Assembly (NCBI RefSeq): GCF_006345805.1
Contig: NW_021835854.1
Span: forward strand, 1 to 36,121
Source of the DNA: Octopus sinensis
Lineage: Eukaryota
Direction: 5' to 3'
DNA: 36,121 bases
The position numbers and the translations under genes were made by a program. The stretch's first letter is position 1; the number at the start of each line of letters is the position of its first letter. The notes below the pieces were generated by a model, which saw nothing but the letters and a program-made list of their open reading frames with translations, was not told where the DNA came from and did no database searches. Positions 12,937 to 24,835 of this stretch are shown in pieces.

Positions 12937-13179
12937 CATCATCATAATAATTTCTTTTATTTGTCACCAGAGTGAAGGATGAAGGGGACAATACAAAGAC
13001 AGACATAAAGTGTGGAAATTACAGAAAATGGATTGAGAAAATGAAAAGTATACACGGTATGCATTAGAAGAAAGGAAATATACATAGTATGTGACACTAG
13101 AAAAAGATGTTTAGTAGCGCGGAAGTACGACGACGTCCTCGAGGGGGGGACTAAGCGTCGATGAAGATGAACTGGCAAG

Positions 13180-13808
13180 TCTATTCCGGAGGACTGTTAT
13201 GAATAATTTCCAGCTGTCTTTGGCCTGGAAGTGTTACCGGGGGGAGGGGCTCCACCAGATCGAAATATATTTTACATGCATGGAAGTGTTGTTAGACATG
13301 CTTTGTCCGAAGTGCTCGCAGAGTGATGACACCGTTCTGCATGCAGCCCTCGTTTAGTGTCCGGACATTGCTGACTTGTGGAGTTGTATCGAGCAGCTGC
13401 CGTCGCGTGTAGGACAGATCCGTCTGTCGTCCGAGTCCATAATGACGATGGCCCCGCCGCCCTCCTTTAATTGGGCTGGCATGGCTGTGCTCCTTTGTTT
13501 GGTGGCTGTCACGAAAGAAGTTATATGGTGGACGAGGCTGATGGGATTGAGGACGGAAACTTACCTCTTTGGTAAAGACCTACATTCAAGTAGGGTGGTG
13601 AGGGAGGTGCTGGTCTCGAGTGAATTTATGAAAAGGTGAGTGAAAGTTGCGAAAATGGCAAGAGTGGATAGTCCCAGAATGTAGACCTGTGAGTCGGAAG
13701 AAGGAAGGTGAAATGGGCTCCGGTCTTTGGTAATCAGGGTGATCTTGGATGGTTGGGGTTCCTTGATTATCCCTAAAGGTCCTCCTGAATCAGTGGGGTC
13801 CCATCACG
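13180..13808 (-). mobile_element. Penelope-like element, decayed N-terminal RT region
   Basis: GGAIVIMD...SYTRRQLLDTT resembles the PLE motif ADKGGAxVIMD...Y...QL.D; heavily disrupted. Confidence 0.55.
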
Positions 13809-14139
13809 ATTAATAATTATAATAATAATAATAAAAATAATGATAATAATAATAATAATAATAATAATGAGGATGATGATGATAATAATAATATTATTAA
13901 TAATAATAATAATTATAATTATAATAATAATAATAATAATAATATATAATAATAATAATAATAATGATAATAATAATAATAATAACATTCACAAGAAGGA
14001 GAAGAAGAAGAAGAAAAAGAAGAAGAAGAAGTGTGTAGTATGGCTATTCAGCGGTGATGGAGACGTAAACACTGTACATGATATTACCGAATTACACACA
14101 TATATTAGTACATTCTCATACAAACATCCATACACAAAG

Positions 14140-14228
<89 letters not shown>

Positions 14229-14229
<1 letters not shown>

Positions 14230-15430
14230 TTAATTAGTATAGTCAACAACCACATAGAAACAGACATCTTTTATAAACCCACAGATTCTAGACAATACCT
14301 ATTATTTAACTCCTGCCACCCCAAACAGATACCCTTTAACCTACTGAAAAGAATCTGGACCATAGTTTCCGATACATACACTCGAGAACATAGACTCCTT
14401 GAACTTAGATCTACATTACCCAATTTCATTAGTAAATGAAGGCATCAAAAGAGCTAAGGAAATAGATATACAAATGTTAAGGAAAACTAGACGAAATACT
14501 AAACAAGACTTAAAAATACTCCCGTACATTTCCCCATATAACCCTAGAAACGACGAAGCCTTCAACATTATCACCCAAAATCTTCCCATCCTCAGAGCAG
14601 ACAAAACAATGAACGAAATTTTAAGCTCATATAAAATTATAAAAAGCAAAAAGCAACCGAAGTCACTGAAAGAAATATTAACCAGCGCTAGACTGTATCC
14701 ACTAATAACAGAGCCAAAAGTGACAAAATGTGGACGTTCTAACTGTGGAACATGCCTCCACCTTCTGGAGGGTTCAGAATTCCAATTCAAACAAGGAGAA
14801 ATATTTAAGATCAAATCAAATTTCACCTGCGCCTCAGTAAATGTAATCCATGACATGACATGCATAGGATGTGGTAAACTCTATATTGGACAAAGAGGAA
14901 TTTCGCTCCGTCAAAGAATCACCATTCACAAAGAGCAAATCCGTCACCCACAATACAGACAGTTAAAGGTGAGTGAACACATAGGAGGTGTGCCAGGAAT
15001 CTTAATCCCAATTCCCAAATATTTCCCTTTTACCAATGTTCACAAAACACCACAATGCAACAAAGGTTGAATACAGAGGCATTTTTCATCAATAAATTTC
15101 TCCCCCAACTAAATATGAACACACAACTCAATACAGAACACCACTAATTATTCAATTGAAGCCACTAACCCCTATACACCCCCTACACCACTCACATCTC
15201 TAAATCCAGAACTACTTACCTCCCTTACAAATAATACAGAACTACTTACCTCTCTTACAAATAATCTTTTTTCTCAGGAACTATTAGACCTGACACCGTG
15301 TATTAGCCGGTGTTTTTCAGGCGATGAATAGCTTTGCGTAAACCATAGTTCGCTTTGTTCTCTTACTTTATTATCATCTTATAATCATCTCATAATAATG
15401 ACTTTTATGACTCTTATCACTACCTCAGTC
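14229..15430 (+). mobile_element. Penelope-like element: RT C-terminus + GIY-YIG endonuclease + 3' repeat region, 5'-truncated
   Basis: TDIFYKPTDSRQYLLFNSCHP, CGRSNCGTC, NVIHDMTCIGCGKLYIGQ..SLRQRITIH, EAFFINKFLPQLN; (TA)n on both sides. Confidence 0.9.
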
Positions 15431-15570
15431 AATCTAAATGTATATATTTGTCGTTACCTGTCATAAATATCATTTTTTTTATTTGCAATGTGCATTTTCG
15501 TTGATTTTTCATATTTTACCCTTACATTTCCACATGTATTTTATATTTTCTTTTTGTAACATATTTCTAC

Positions 15571-15673
<103 letters not shown>

Positions 15674-15859
15674 TGTATTTTTACCTTGTTAACAATTAAC
15701 ACGGAAAAAATAAATAGTTACCAGGGTAGCAAAAATCTCACAAGTAAAGAGATTGTAACTCCTTGTTTATAAAGGTAGAAACTTCGTGTTTACGTGCAAT
15801 TGTTAGTATAATATGAATAAATAAATGGAGTTTAACGCAGGTATAAATGAAATATTTTT

Positions 15860-15945
15860 ACTTTCGACACATGTTTCGAAAATTCCACTGATACCATTCA
15901 AGTGGATAAACGGTATAAACAATGCAATTTTCTCTTCAGGAAAGT
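15860..15945 (-). ncRNA. Type I hammerhead ribozyme, canonical core, GUC cleavage site (predicted cut between 15866 and 15865)
   Basis: ACUUUC-CUGAAGA-GAAAAUU...AAUUUUC-GAAA-CAUGU-GUC-GAAAGU: 6-bp stem I, 7-bp stem II closed by G-C, minimal stem III. Confidence 0.85.
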
Positions 15946-16236
15946 GAAAAAACGAAACTCGTCAATACGAAATTTTAGCAAAAAATGATGGATTTGTATA
16001 GCGATTACCTGAACGCTATTAATATTATTTAACAAAACGTTATATGATATAACGTCAGAGGTAGCTTACAGAAAGAGCAGGGATATTGATAATGAAGGTT
16101 AAATATAAAGGAATCTAAAGTTTAAATTATATATCCTCGAGTTTCATCATGAAGGTTCCAATGATGTCGTGGTGTGTGAGAATGTTAATGTTTTATCATT
16201 ATAGTTTAAAGTCGAGAGCATCCTCTAGCATACCTG

Positions 16237-17180
16237 TCCGCCAGGTATGCTAGAGATAGCTGAAAGTCTTCAGACTAGAAATTCTCATGGAGATCTGCCT
16301 TCGGTTGCAAATCTAGAAGTATTACTACTTCTCGTCGTTCATTAAGCTGTCCAAGCATGTTCCCTTTTTGATCGCCATCGCACATGCGTGTGAAAAAGCG
16401 ATGCTTCCTTTCAGAATCCATATCTTTACACAGCAGTTTAAAAAGACGACTGTTTAGGCTCCACCTTTAACAAAGTTGACAACCTTGATAGCCACGTTCA
16501 GGAGTTTTCTAATTTCAGTAGGGAGGGTTTTGGATAGTAAGGCTTCACGATGAGGTATGCGGTGTGTACTACAACAGATGAAGTTTTTTCCTTCACTCTA
16601 GCAATGAATCCAGACTGCAGACCAAGCATGGCCGGACCTCCATCAGTACACACTTTTACATGGTCGAGAATTTAATCTTTGATGTTTTCAGACAAGACGT
16701 CGATCCTTCACTTGACTGTATCATTTGATAGTGAAATCGGGGAAAGCTTGTATGCACTATCTTTCCCCTGAACGAGTTCTGCTGCAGGTAGTAGACTTGG
16801 TTTTAGGAGAGACTCTCCAATATCACGGCTCTTCAAGTCTCGACAATTATTGAAGTTTGTTGCCGAAATGCCCCATTACTGTCAAACCTAGCTTGCTTCA
16901 AGAAAATTCTTTTTGTTTCAGAGAATGTCTTGAGCTTGTCTGCAAGAGCAGGATGTGTTGTCCTCAAGTGGCATTCCAAGCGTCAGGGTCGCATTCCATC
17001 ATTGCTCAAAAATTTTGTAACATACCACACACTGGGGCACTTCTGTGTCACCCGTTTGGAGGGACACGAATCCAAATCGAAATATATTCGTCAAGATACT
17101 TCGATTACTCTGCACTCATTGCGAATTATTTCATGTACAGTGGACAACAGAAATATGTGAACAAAAAGTAAGACACGCGT
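16237..17180 (-). mobile_element. hAT (Buster/Charlie-type) transposase remnant with internal deletion
   Basis: BED-like PQCVVC..SNDGMRP.RLE.HLRTTHPALADK; GPAMLGLQSGF...THRIPHREALLSKTLP...VVNFVKGGA; ends at FQLSLAYLAD. Confidence 0.85.
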
Positions 17181-17813
17181 AAGGTTATCTCAAGGATCAA
17201 GCTGGAACATTTTGAGTAAAAAGTTCTGAAATTTTCTTTTAATATTTGGAGTAAAAGAACAGATATTCGAAACATTTGTACAATAAAATGTTGTAGTTTT
17301 TGTACGAAAATATAAAAAAATGTTTCTTGAGAAAAGAAAACATTTTGCATAGGTTTTAGTTTTACATAGTACTTTCTGTAATATTTAAGTTTGATTTTAG
17401 TTTAACATTTGGCTTTATATTATAATTATAATCTTACCAACGTGTTTACTATATCTTTCACATAAGCATTTAATAATAAAAATTTTGGTTTTATTGCCAA
17501 TATTTTTTTCTAATGTGTGTTTTAATTGTTTTGAGACTTTATTAAATTGAGAAATAGTAGAATCTATTATTTTTGTTTTATTTCCTATTTTTAAATATAT
17601 AATACTTTTGATCTTCCTAATATTTTAAAATAGTTTTCAATTTTTTAAATTAAGTCAATATTTCTTAGTATGTTACTATAATGATTTGATAATGTTTCAG
17701 CATGTCTCTTGATTTTTAAGAATCATATTATTTCATATATATGAAAACTGTGGATCAAACTTCTTTATAATCTATTAACTGGAAAAGATGTTAAAAGTAT
17801 CTATGTCTTGTAG

Positions 17814-18182
17814 CGGCGGTTCTTAACCTGAGTCGTGTTGTAACAAAACAAAAATAAAAGGCAAATGTTAAAATGTTAAAATATAGGCAAATGTTAAAGC
17901 TACAATTCAGAAATAAGTGAGAGTTTTGAAGGATATGAAGAGGGGTCAGCAATTACAGAAATGGTGAGTGGCACTAAGATAGTAGAATAAGAAAACTAAG
18001 TGTATTAGGCGATAATTTCTCATTTTTTCCATAAACTTGTCATTATTTGACCATGATCTCGTTAAGAAAATAACACATATAATTAGAGTAAATCCCACTT
18101 TTTCGCAAGCGGTCGCGCTCCCTTCAGAGTTACTGACGCACCCCCTGCACCAGGGGTCGCGCTCCTAGGTTAAGAACCACTG
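17814..18182. mobile_element. hAT/Buster-type MITE, 16-bp terminal inverted repeats
   Basis: Left CGGCGGTTCTTAACCT versus right (reverse complement) CAGTGGTTCTTAACCT, 14/16 match; subterminal ggggtcgcg motifs; no 8-bp TSD retained. Confidence 0.6.
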
Positions 18183-18324
18183 ATCCCGAGGTAAACAACG
18201 TACATGATATAGACACTGAATTACACACTAATTTTTATACACTCCCATTCACTCATCCATACACTGAGACAGGTATTATATATAAACACAGGTATGCATT
18301 AACTATGCCTCCTCAAGTGTCACA

Positions 18325-18362
<38 letters not shown>

Positions 18363-18579
18363 ACCTGTCAGAAATGCTACCACACTCACAGTCACAATCA
18401 TTCGCATATATCTCCTATCTTAAAAGTGGACCCAGACTCACATTCAGAAACATCCAAAACCAATAAAATGCATGTATAGAGAGACGGATGTAGACCTTAA
18501 ATTGAAGTATGGAAAGACATTACGGATTTAGGAAGATATCTTCAGTGAAATAGTATAAAAGAAGATTGATTCAACTTAC

Positions 18580-18651
18580 AGAGTTTCTAAACTGGAGAGA
18601 TTTTGGAAAGTTTTTTCATTGATTGCTTGGATATCGTTTTCAGCCAAATTC
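18580..18651 (-). CDS. 72-nt LRR exon (NLAENDIQAINEKTFQNLSSLET-L)
   Basis: ttttccag| acceptor and |gtaagt donor, exactly 72 nt, phase 2-2, fits the LxxLxLxxNxL consensus, in frame with the LRRNT exon. Confidence 0.9.
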
Positions 18652-18884
18652 CTGGAAAATAAAATTGTGTTAAAAACATTTATGGTAAGAAAGAGAATAA
18701 GATAATGAAGAAGTAGATAATGATGATGATGATGATGAAGAAGGAGCAGAAAAAGAAGAAGGAGAAGAAGAAAATAAAGAACAAGAATAAGTAAAAGAAG
18801 AAGGGGAGGAGGAGGAGGAGGCGAGGGAGAAGAATAAGAAGAAGAAGAAGAAAAAGAAGAACAAGAAGAAAAACAAGTAGGAGA

Positions 18885-19600
18885 TACTTCCAGAGAAGGA
18901 AACAAACACTAGTTGAGCGAAGTCCCTAAATGGAAAAAATGCATGAAGGACACTATCCAAGTACCTCCCCACAACACATACACACAACTATCTACTATAA
19001 CACCAACATTACCAACACCACCAGTATCGCTGCCAGCACCACCCGCCATACAAATATCCCCTTCGAAATCACCTTCGTAAATTTCCCTGCAATCCACATA
19101 TTGAAGCCCTAATGAAATACATACATAAGACTACCAACATCACACCAATAGATCACAGCACCTAACGCTTCACCTCAAATACAAATACTCAGCATAACTA
19201 ACAACCCCTTAATTTCTTGAAACAAAAATCTACCCCTTTGCGCTGGGAAATTTCCAAAGAACAATAACCAAAGGTTTATACAAAACCTGATCGTGGAAAC
19301 TCCTACAACCACCGAGAAGGGTGAGAGAAACCATTAACCCTCGCCGCATCCCAAAAATTAAGTTGTGCATCATTTTGTTTCCCTCATCATTGTTGTTCAA
19401 GCAAGGCAGTTTAAACGTGCGTGGACAGGGATCATTTTTCAAGTAAGGACGCTTTCTAAACAACCTCGGGTCACTGGATTTGGACGGTGTAGTCATTAGT
19501 GAAGCCAGACTGACCGGACCACAAGTTTTCTCGCAGCTCTTTGGAGGATACGAGATCTAACGATTCAGTGGCACCCGAGACAAGGCGAGGGAACTGCAAG
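18885..19600 (+). mobile_element. L1/Tx1-like remnant A: end of ORF1 + start of APE endonuclease
   Basis: ITPTLPTPPVSLPAP matches ITPTLPTPPIPLPAS at about 23720; QIQILSITNN matches HIKILSVSNN; then SLNVRG...LDLDGVVISEARL (APE N-terminus). Confidence 0.65.
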
Positions 19601-19619
19601 TTGGTTCCAGATTTTTCTT

Positions 19620-22130
19620 GTGTGTCCAAACATGTATAATTTATGTTAAATATTTAAATCTACAAAAGGGAACCTGCTTTAAGGGGGTGGGTTCCAGGAA
19701 TATACATATCGCCCTTTGGGGAAGAATTTCTATCCTCTTTTGTGTACTGTGAGTTTGATTTATAGCACTAATTTTTTTTATTCTTCTAAACGTTGCCTCT
19801 CGCCCTGGAAAAGGAAACACCCCCCCCCCCAAAGTAAAATTAGGAAAAATATTTCTTCCACTTCCGCAATGCGAACAAGAGGAAACATGTAAAAAGTATC
19901 GGCAAATGAAATCACGACGGAGAATATTTCGAACGTCACTACAGTCAGTAAATCACTTGATACTAGCGAGATAAAGAAACAAATTCGACAGTCCCGGTTT
20001 CTCTTCCGTACCAAATCTCTACCAAGAAACGCTCAACATAAATATGGATGATTTTTAAAATATCAAATATCCAATCAAAAGAAAAGGAACAAATTTCACA
20101 TTGACCCCCGCCCTCGGTTATATCACACAACCCACTTCATGTAGAGCTGTCACCTACAAAAAGCTAATTTCAAATGACGAAGTCCACAGGGACTCTAAAG
20201 ACAGTAGTTCTCCTGCCGACCAACTTCGGTCGGCGAGTTCCAACGATAAAAATTGAGGAGGTTCCTCCAGAATTTCACATCTTTTGGGAAATAGCATCCG
20301 CGTTACTCGACATCAAAGAAGATAAAAAAGATAAATAAACGAAATACACCAACAAAATTGGTGGGCAGCAGGAAGTGAAGATTTTGATATATATGGCCAA
20401 AACGCAGCATGGACTTCACGGAATTCCTTGCTGGCCTTCCACGACTCTTGGCGATAAAAGCCACAGAAGTATGGGATAACTTTGCTGGCTGCACGGTGTG
20501 CAAGTCGTCGGTTGTGGATAGTATTTCGTATGAAAGTTATTATAGTATGCATGCCAGACCTGTTTGAATGCATTTTGGCAGATATCTAGGGCAACTGGTA
20601 CCGGAATAGGAAAATTCCTAACGCTGTGAGCCTAGGTTTGTGGTACTGCTAAAAGAAGACCCAAACAAGGAGGTTGTAATTAATAACTTTAGACCCGTCA
20701 CTCTGCTAAATGCAGATTTAAAGATGCTCACTCTTCTCTCTACTTTATGTATTGAGTCTGGAACCATTACTGCAGAAACTGGAGGCCTTGAGGAGCATGT
20801 CGTATGAACTAGGGTGCAGGAGATCTGTCTCGTCATATGCGGATGATGTCACCATCATAGTTTTGAATGACAACCACTTGCACTTTTTTGTTTATGTCGG
20901 AAAAGAATAGGTGGTGATAGGAACAGAAGTAAACCCTGAATTGTCGGTCGGCCTGCAAACTTGGCACCTGGAGAGGCAGATTGATGACGTCTAGCTACGT
21001 CGTCTGACGATTGACGAACGGCTCAGTGAAATTGCTCGGCGTCTGATTCGGTCCGAACGTCCAGGTAGAGAAGAACTGGGACGATGTAGCGGACAGGGTA
21101 GCCAATAACACCCAGAAATGGACTGAAAAAAAGATCTCCCTGAAAGGACGGGCAGAAGTGTCGAATATATACATCGCATCCGTCATCTTCTACCTCCTGG
21201 CCGTCGTTCCGTGCCTTAATTCGTGCCTGAACAAACTGGAACAGTTACTTTTGCGCTTACTGTGGAAGGAACCCGGCCCGCTGGCCAGGCGCTCTATCTA
21301 CTGCCAACAGTCACTGAATGGAGGGCTGGGAATGCCGTGGCTAAAGATGCGCAGACATGTGCTGAGGCTGCGACATCTCCAGCTTTACCTTGAAGATGAG
21401 TAGATGTAGTCACCCTTTCTCAGACTCGCTTTCCCACAGGTCGTCTCTTTCGACGAGCAGAACCCATGGATCAGTGGAGGCTCCACCTTGGCTTTCTATG
21501 GACATTTAGTAGCTAATATGTGCGATGTTATTCTCAGGGAGACTGCGTCGACGATAATAACTCGTTAGTCTGTTCTGGAGGATTTTCGGACCAGGCTCCA
21601 TGGATAACAACCATAAATTCCTGGCCTGACGGTGCTACCGGAGGGCACTACTAGTTGATATAAACTACACAGGCACAAAAGTCGGACCAGCCCCTGATGC
21701 GAACCAAGTGTTGAGTCTTTTCTACACGCGCTCGTCCAGTGCCTAAAATTATCTGAATTCTGGTTCATGTTGAATACCGTTTTCCTTTAACCGGGAAAGG
21801 CGGGCAGTTTTTCTCTGTCTAGTGGATATCGCACTGGAAGGATGGGTAAACATTGCATGAATAAATGGGCTGACTCGAGCATAAATATCTAGGCATTTTG
21901 TCCTAATTATGAGGTTGTTTCGTGGCTTGTGGGGTCTCCACGACCAACTCAGGAAACCTCCACCTTTTGGGGAATTACTGTTGCTGAATATTTCTACATA
22001 ATTTTTTTTTATCTTTTACTATTGTTAATTTTTTTGTACACGACTTTCATGTATGTCCCCACCCGTATGTCCTGTACTGTTCCTCTATGTTGAGCTCTCA
22101 ATGGCTAAGAACAAACGAATTTCTTGCAGA
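19620..22130 (+). mobile_element. L1/Tx1-like element B: 5'UTR, ORF1 start, deleted ORF2 (RT, C-terminal zinc finger), T-rich 3'UTR
   Basis: MPDLF..., NFRPVTLLNADLK, SYADDVTIIV, SLKGRAEVSNIYIASVIFY, GGLGMPWLKMRRHVLRLRHL, FGPGSMDN...LHALVQC; many stops and frameshifts. Confidence 0.85.
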
Positions 22131-22139
22131 ACGGGCTTG

Positions 22140-24130
22140 CTAATTTACGGTCGTGAGGTTTTAATTTTCACTTTCACAAACTTTGTGAATATTTTGGACC
22201 TTTTAAGTCTTTAAAACTGAACCTACTTGACAGGGGAAGTTTCTTTGACCGTATAAATTCGCCGTTTTGGGGGCGAACCTCAATCTGGATTTCAATCGTG
22301 TATTGATTTAACTTTAAAACACAAACATGGCCTCCGGCTACGCAGAAAGCAACGACCTCCACCCACCAAATTTGGCAGTACGAAGGAATGTTTCCCACTC
22401 TTCCTTGTCACAAACAAGAAGAAATTAAAATTTTGCAAATGAAAACACGAGCGACACCACATAGACAACAGTTTCCAATACCACCGCTACCACAACCAGT
22501 AACAGAATTGAACCCAGCGAAGAAAATAAGCAAACTAAATGCAACAGTCGCAGTTTCGCCGCTGTCGTGAAAGTCAATCAAGAGACAATATAAACGTTGG
22601 CAATTTACAGAAATATAAATGATCAATACAAAGAAACGGTAGAAATGTCTTATTACCCCCTCCCTTTGATATTATAGAAAAACCAGTTCGCAAACCTTAG
22701 TCCTACAAGACTCTAACGATGAAAATAAATGAACAGGCTACAAAGGAAAAAGTTGGAAAATGTTTGCAACCAGTCTAGAACAAGATCGCATACATGGCAA
22801 GGGGAAGAACATATGACCCTGTCGAAGTGAGGTCCACCACGGAAGACGAAGCAAGGTAATACCCCACAGTACCTCTAAAGACAGAGGAACAAGTGCTCTT
22901 ACCGACTTACCTTGGTCGGTGATTTTACAAAATAAAAATTGGTTAATTACCCCCAGAATTCGACATTTTTGGTTAGTGGCGTCCGTCCTAATTGACAATG
23001 AAGTTAAAGTTGAGATTCTTCAAATACACAAGTTACACTATCATAATTGGTGGGGTCAAGGATCTTAGCTGTTAATTCAAGCGGACTATCAAACGCTCGG
23101 AATAATACCAGATCTCATCCACTTACCGGAAGGCGCAAAGCTGGATTTATCGGCGGAGGGTCGTAAACCAATTTGCTATCTCTGCGGCAGAGGGACCACC
23201 CCAGAACCTTTTTCCCGGAGGGATCAGATGGGAAACTTATCCTTCCACCAAAAGCATTATCACAGCAACACCAACAGTAGCAGAGGTAAACTACAGTAGA
23301 AGCAACACCACCTCCACCCAAAACAACAACGTCAACACAATGTATAGAAAATACAACAAAAATAATAGAAGAGAAAACAACAACGAAAAACAAACCAGAA
23401 AGAGCAACAGTAACCGCAATATCACCAATGGGTAGAATAGCAAACACAGCAAAAGCAACAGGACTGGCTGTGGAAAACACAGCAGAAACCACAACAACGG
23501 AACAAAAGAAAAATCAACAATAAAAAAATCTCAAAAATAAACCCTAAAAGGAACACCAAGAGAGACCGACCCAAGAGAGTTATCCCTTCTCGAGTTTGAT
23601 TTGGAAATATGCAAAAACATAAAAACGGACAGAGTGGAAAGAAGTTCCACAAAGAAAGAAGACGAAAGATGGACACTACCACAGCACCTCTTCACAACAG
23701 AGACACTATCACACAACCTCTACCCATAACACCCACATTACCAACTCCACCAATACCACTCCCAGCATCACACACAGAACAGAAACCGACATTAGAAAGC
23801 ATAATGAACCTTACTGAAATAAACACAAAAAATACACATACAATAACACAGCGACGACATTACCGCAAGAAATGTTCTTTGTGCACCACCCAAAGGACCA
23901 CTACACATAAAGATCCTCAGCGTTTCAAATAACACGTTCATTGACATACAAGAAAGGTATCCCAATGCGGTGGGCAAATTTCAGAAAACTATAAGTAAAA
24001 CTCTTCACATAAATCTGACCGTGAAAGAAGCCACAACCAGCCTGAGGAGTGAGAAAACCACTCACCCTCCCTTCAGCCAAAACAGTAAGTAGTTTTCGTT
24101 TTTGGGCGGGGTATAAATGTTGCAAGAAGA
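22140..24130 (+). mobile_element. L1/Tx1-like element C: 5'UTR + disrupted ORF1 with zinc knuckle, directly after element B
   Basis: 5' region homologous to 19640-19900; ATG GCC TCC at 22327; GRKPICYLCG; Thr/Pro-rich C-terminus. Confidence 0.7.
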
Positions 24131-24139
24131 CCTCGAATG

Positions 24140-24210
24140 AATGGTTCTGACTTGAACATAATTGCTGACAGTAGAATTGAGCATTGATTGTTGCATTAGG
24201 TGGTAACAAT
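24140..24210 (-). mobile_element. Small mariner transposase fragment
   Basis: LLPPNATINAQFYCQQL matches the mariner motif ELLPPNxTINxxxYCxQL. Confidence 0.6.
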
Positions 24211-24211
24211 T

Positions 24212-24834
24212 CAAAGTCAATTACTCCCTATACGTGGGCAGCAGCGCCACCTTGTCCGACTACAGAATAGTGGTAGAATGTGAGGCCACTTCTTCTTTGG
24301 TGTGCAAAACTCACTTCCACCCTGCTGTACTTCTTTCCTCTCATCACAAATGTCGCTTGTTTTCATAATGGCTGCCAAACCTTCTTCAATATCGTCTTCC
24401 GTTAATATTGCTATTTTGTTGGTTGCAACCGCTTGTGTGCGGTGCACCACCGTTCTATTACTCTTCTCGTTCACTCTTTCTTCCGGAGGGACCAGCTTGA
24501 TTGTGTCTTCCTTTCTCTCTGCACAAACTTTTTGCTACTTATAGTATTGTCCATCTTTATTTTCATCTGCTTTGCTTCCAGCGACGCAGCTGCTTCCACT
24601 GAAGTGGTTTTCGCATAGTTTTCCATGATGAAAAGCTAATATTTTCACACCCAAAATAGAGAGAAAATAGCAAAAAACAACAACTCCAAACAAAATCACG
24701 CACGATCGCTTCAACAACAAATTTTAACAGTAAAAATAACAATATACTCAACAGTCTCAAAAAAGACAACCTTTCTCAATCACACCGTGGTCACAATTGA
24801 CTAACTCGAGCAAATTTCATCACCAACTGACCTC
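24212..24834 (-). mobile_element. L1/Tx1-like element E: 5' end (GAGGTCAG) + first part of ORF1
   Basis: MENYAKT...DTIKLVPPE...TEDDIEE...ASHSTTI, homologous to element D. Confidence 0.65.
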
Positions 24835-24835
24835 A

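Noticed and set aside
15286-15352. Hammerhead-like remnant in the PLE 3' region (cctga-caccg...cggtg-tttt-tcagg; cgatga...gtaaac)
   Set aside because: A hairpin is present but the CUGANGA and GAAA cores are incomplete on both strands.
18909-19112. Thr-rich or TM-like ORFs repeated at 1732-1992, 3444-3656 and 18909-19112 as a possible mucin or transmembrane exon
   Set aside because: The sequence aligns with the L1/Tx1 ORF1 tail at about 23640-23780 on the plus strand, and phase-2 splicing into it gives an early stop.
21005-21040. CTGACGA...GAAA motif
   Set aside because: Falls in L1/Tx1 ORF2 coding remnant (NGSVKLLGV); no proper stems.
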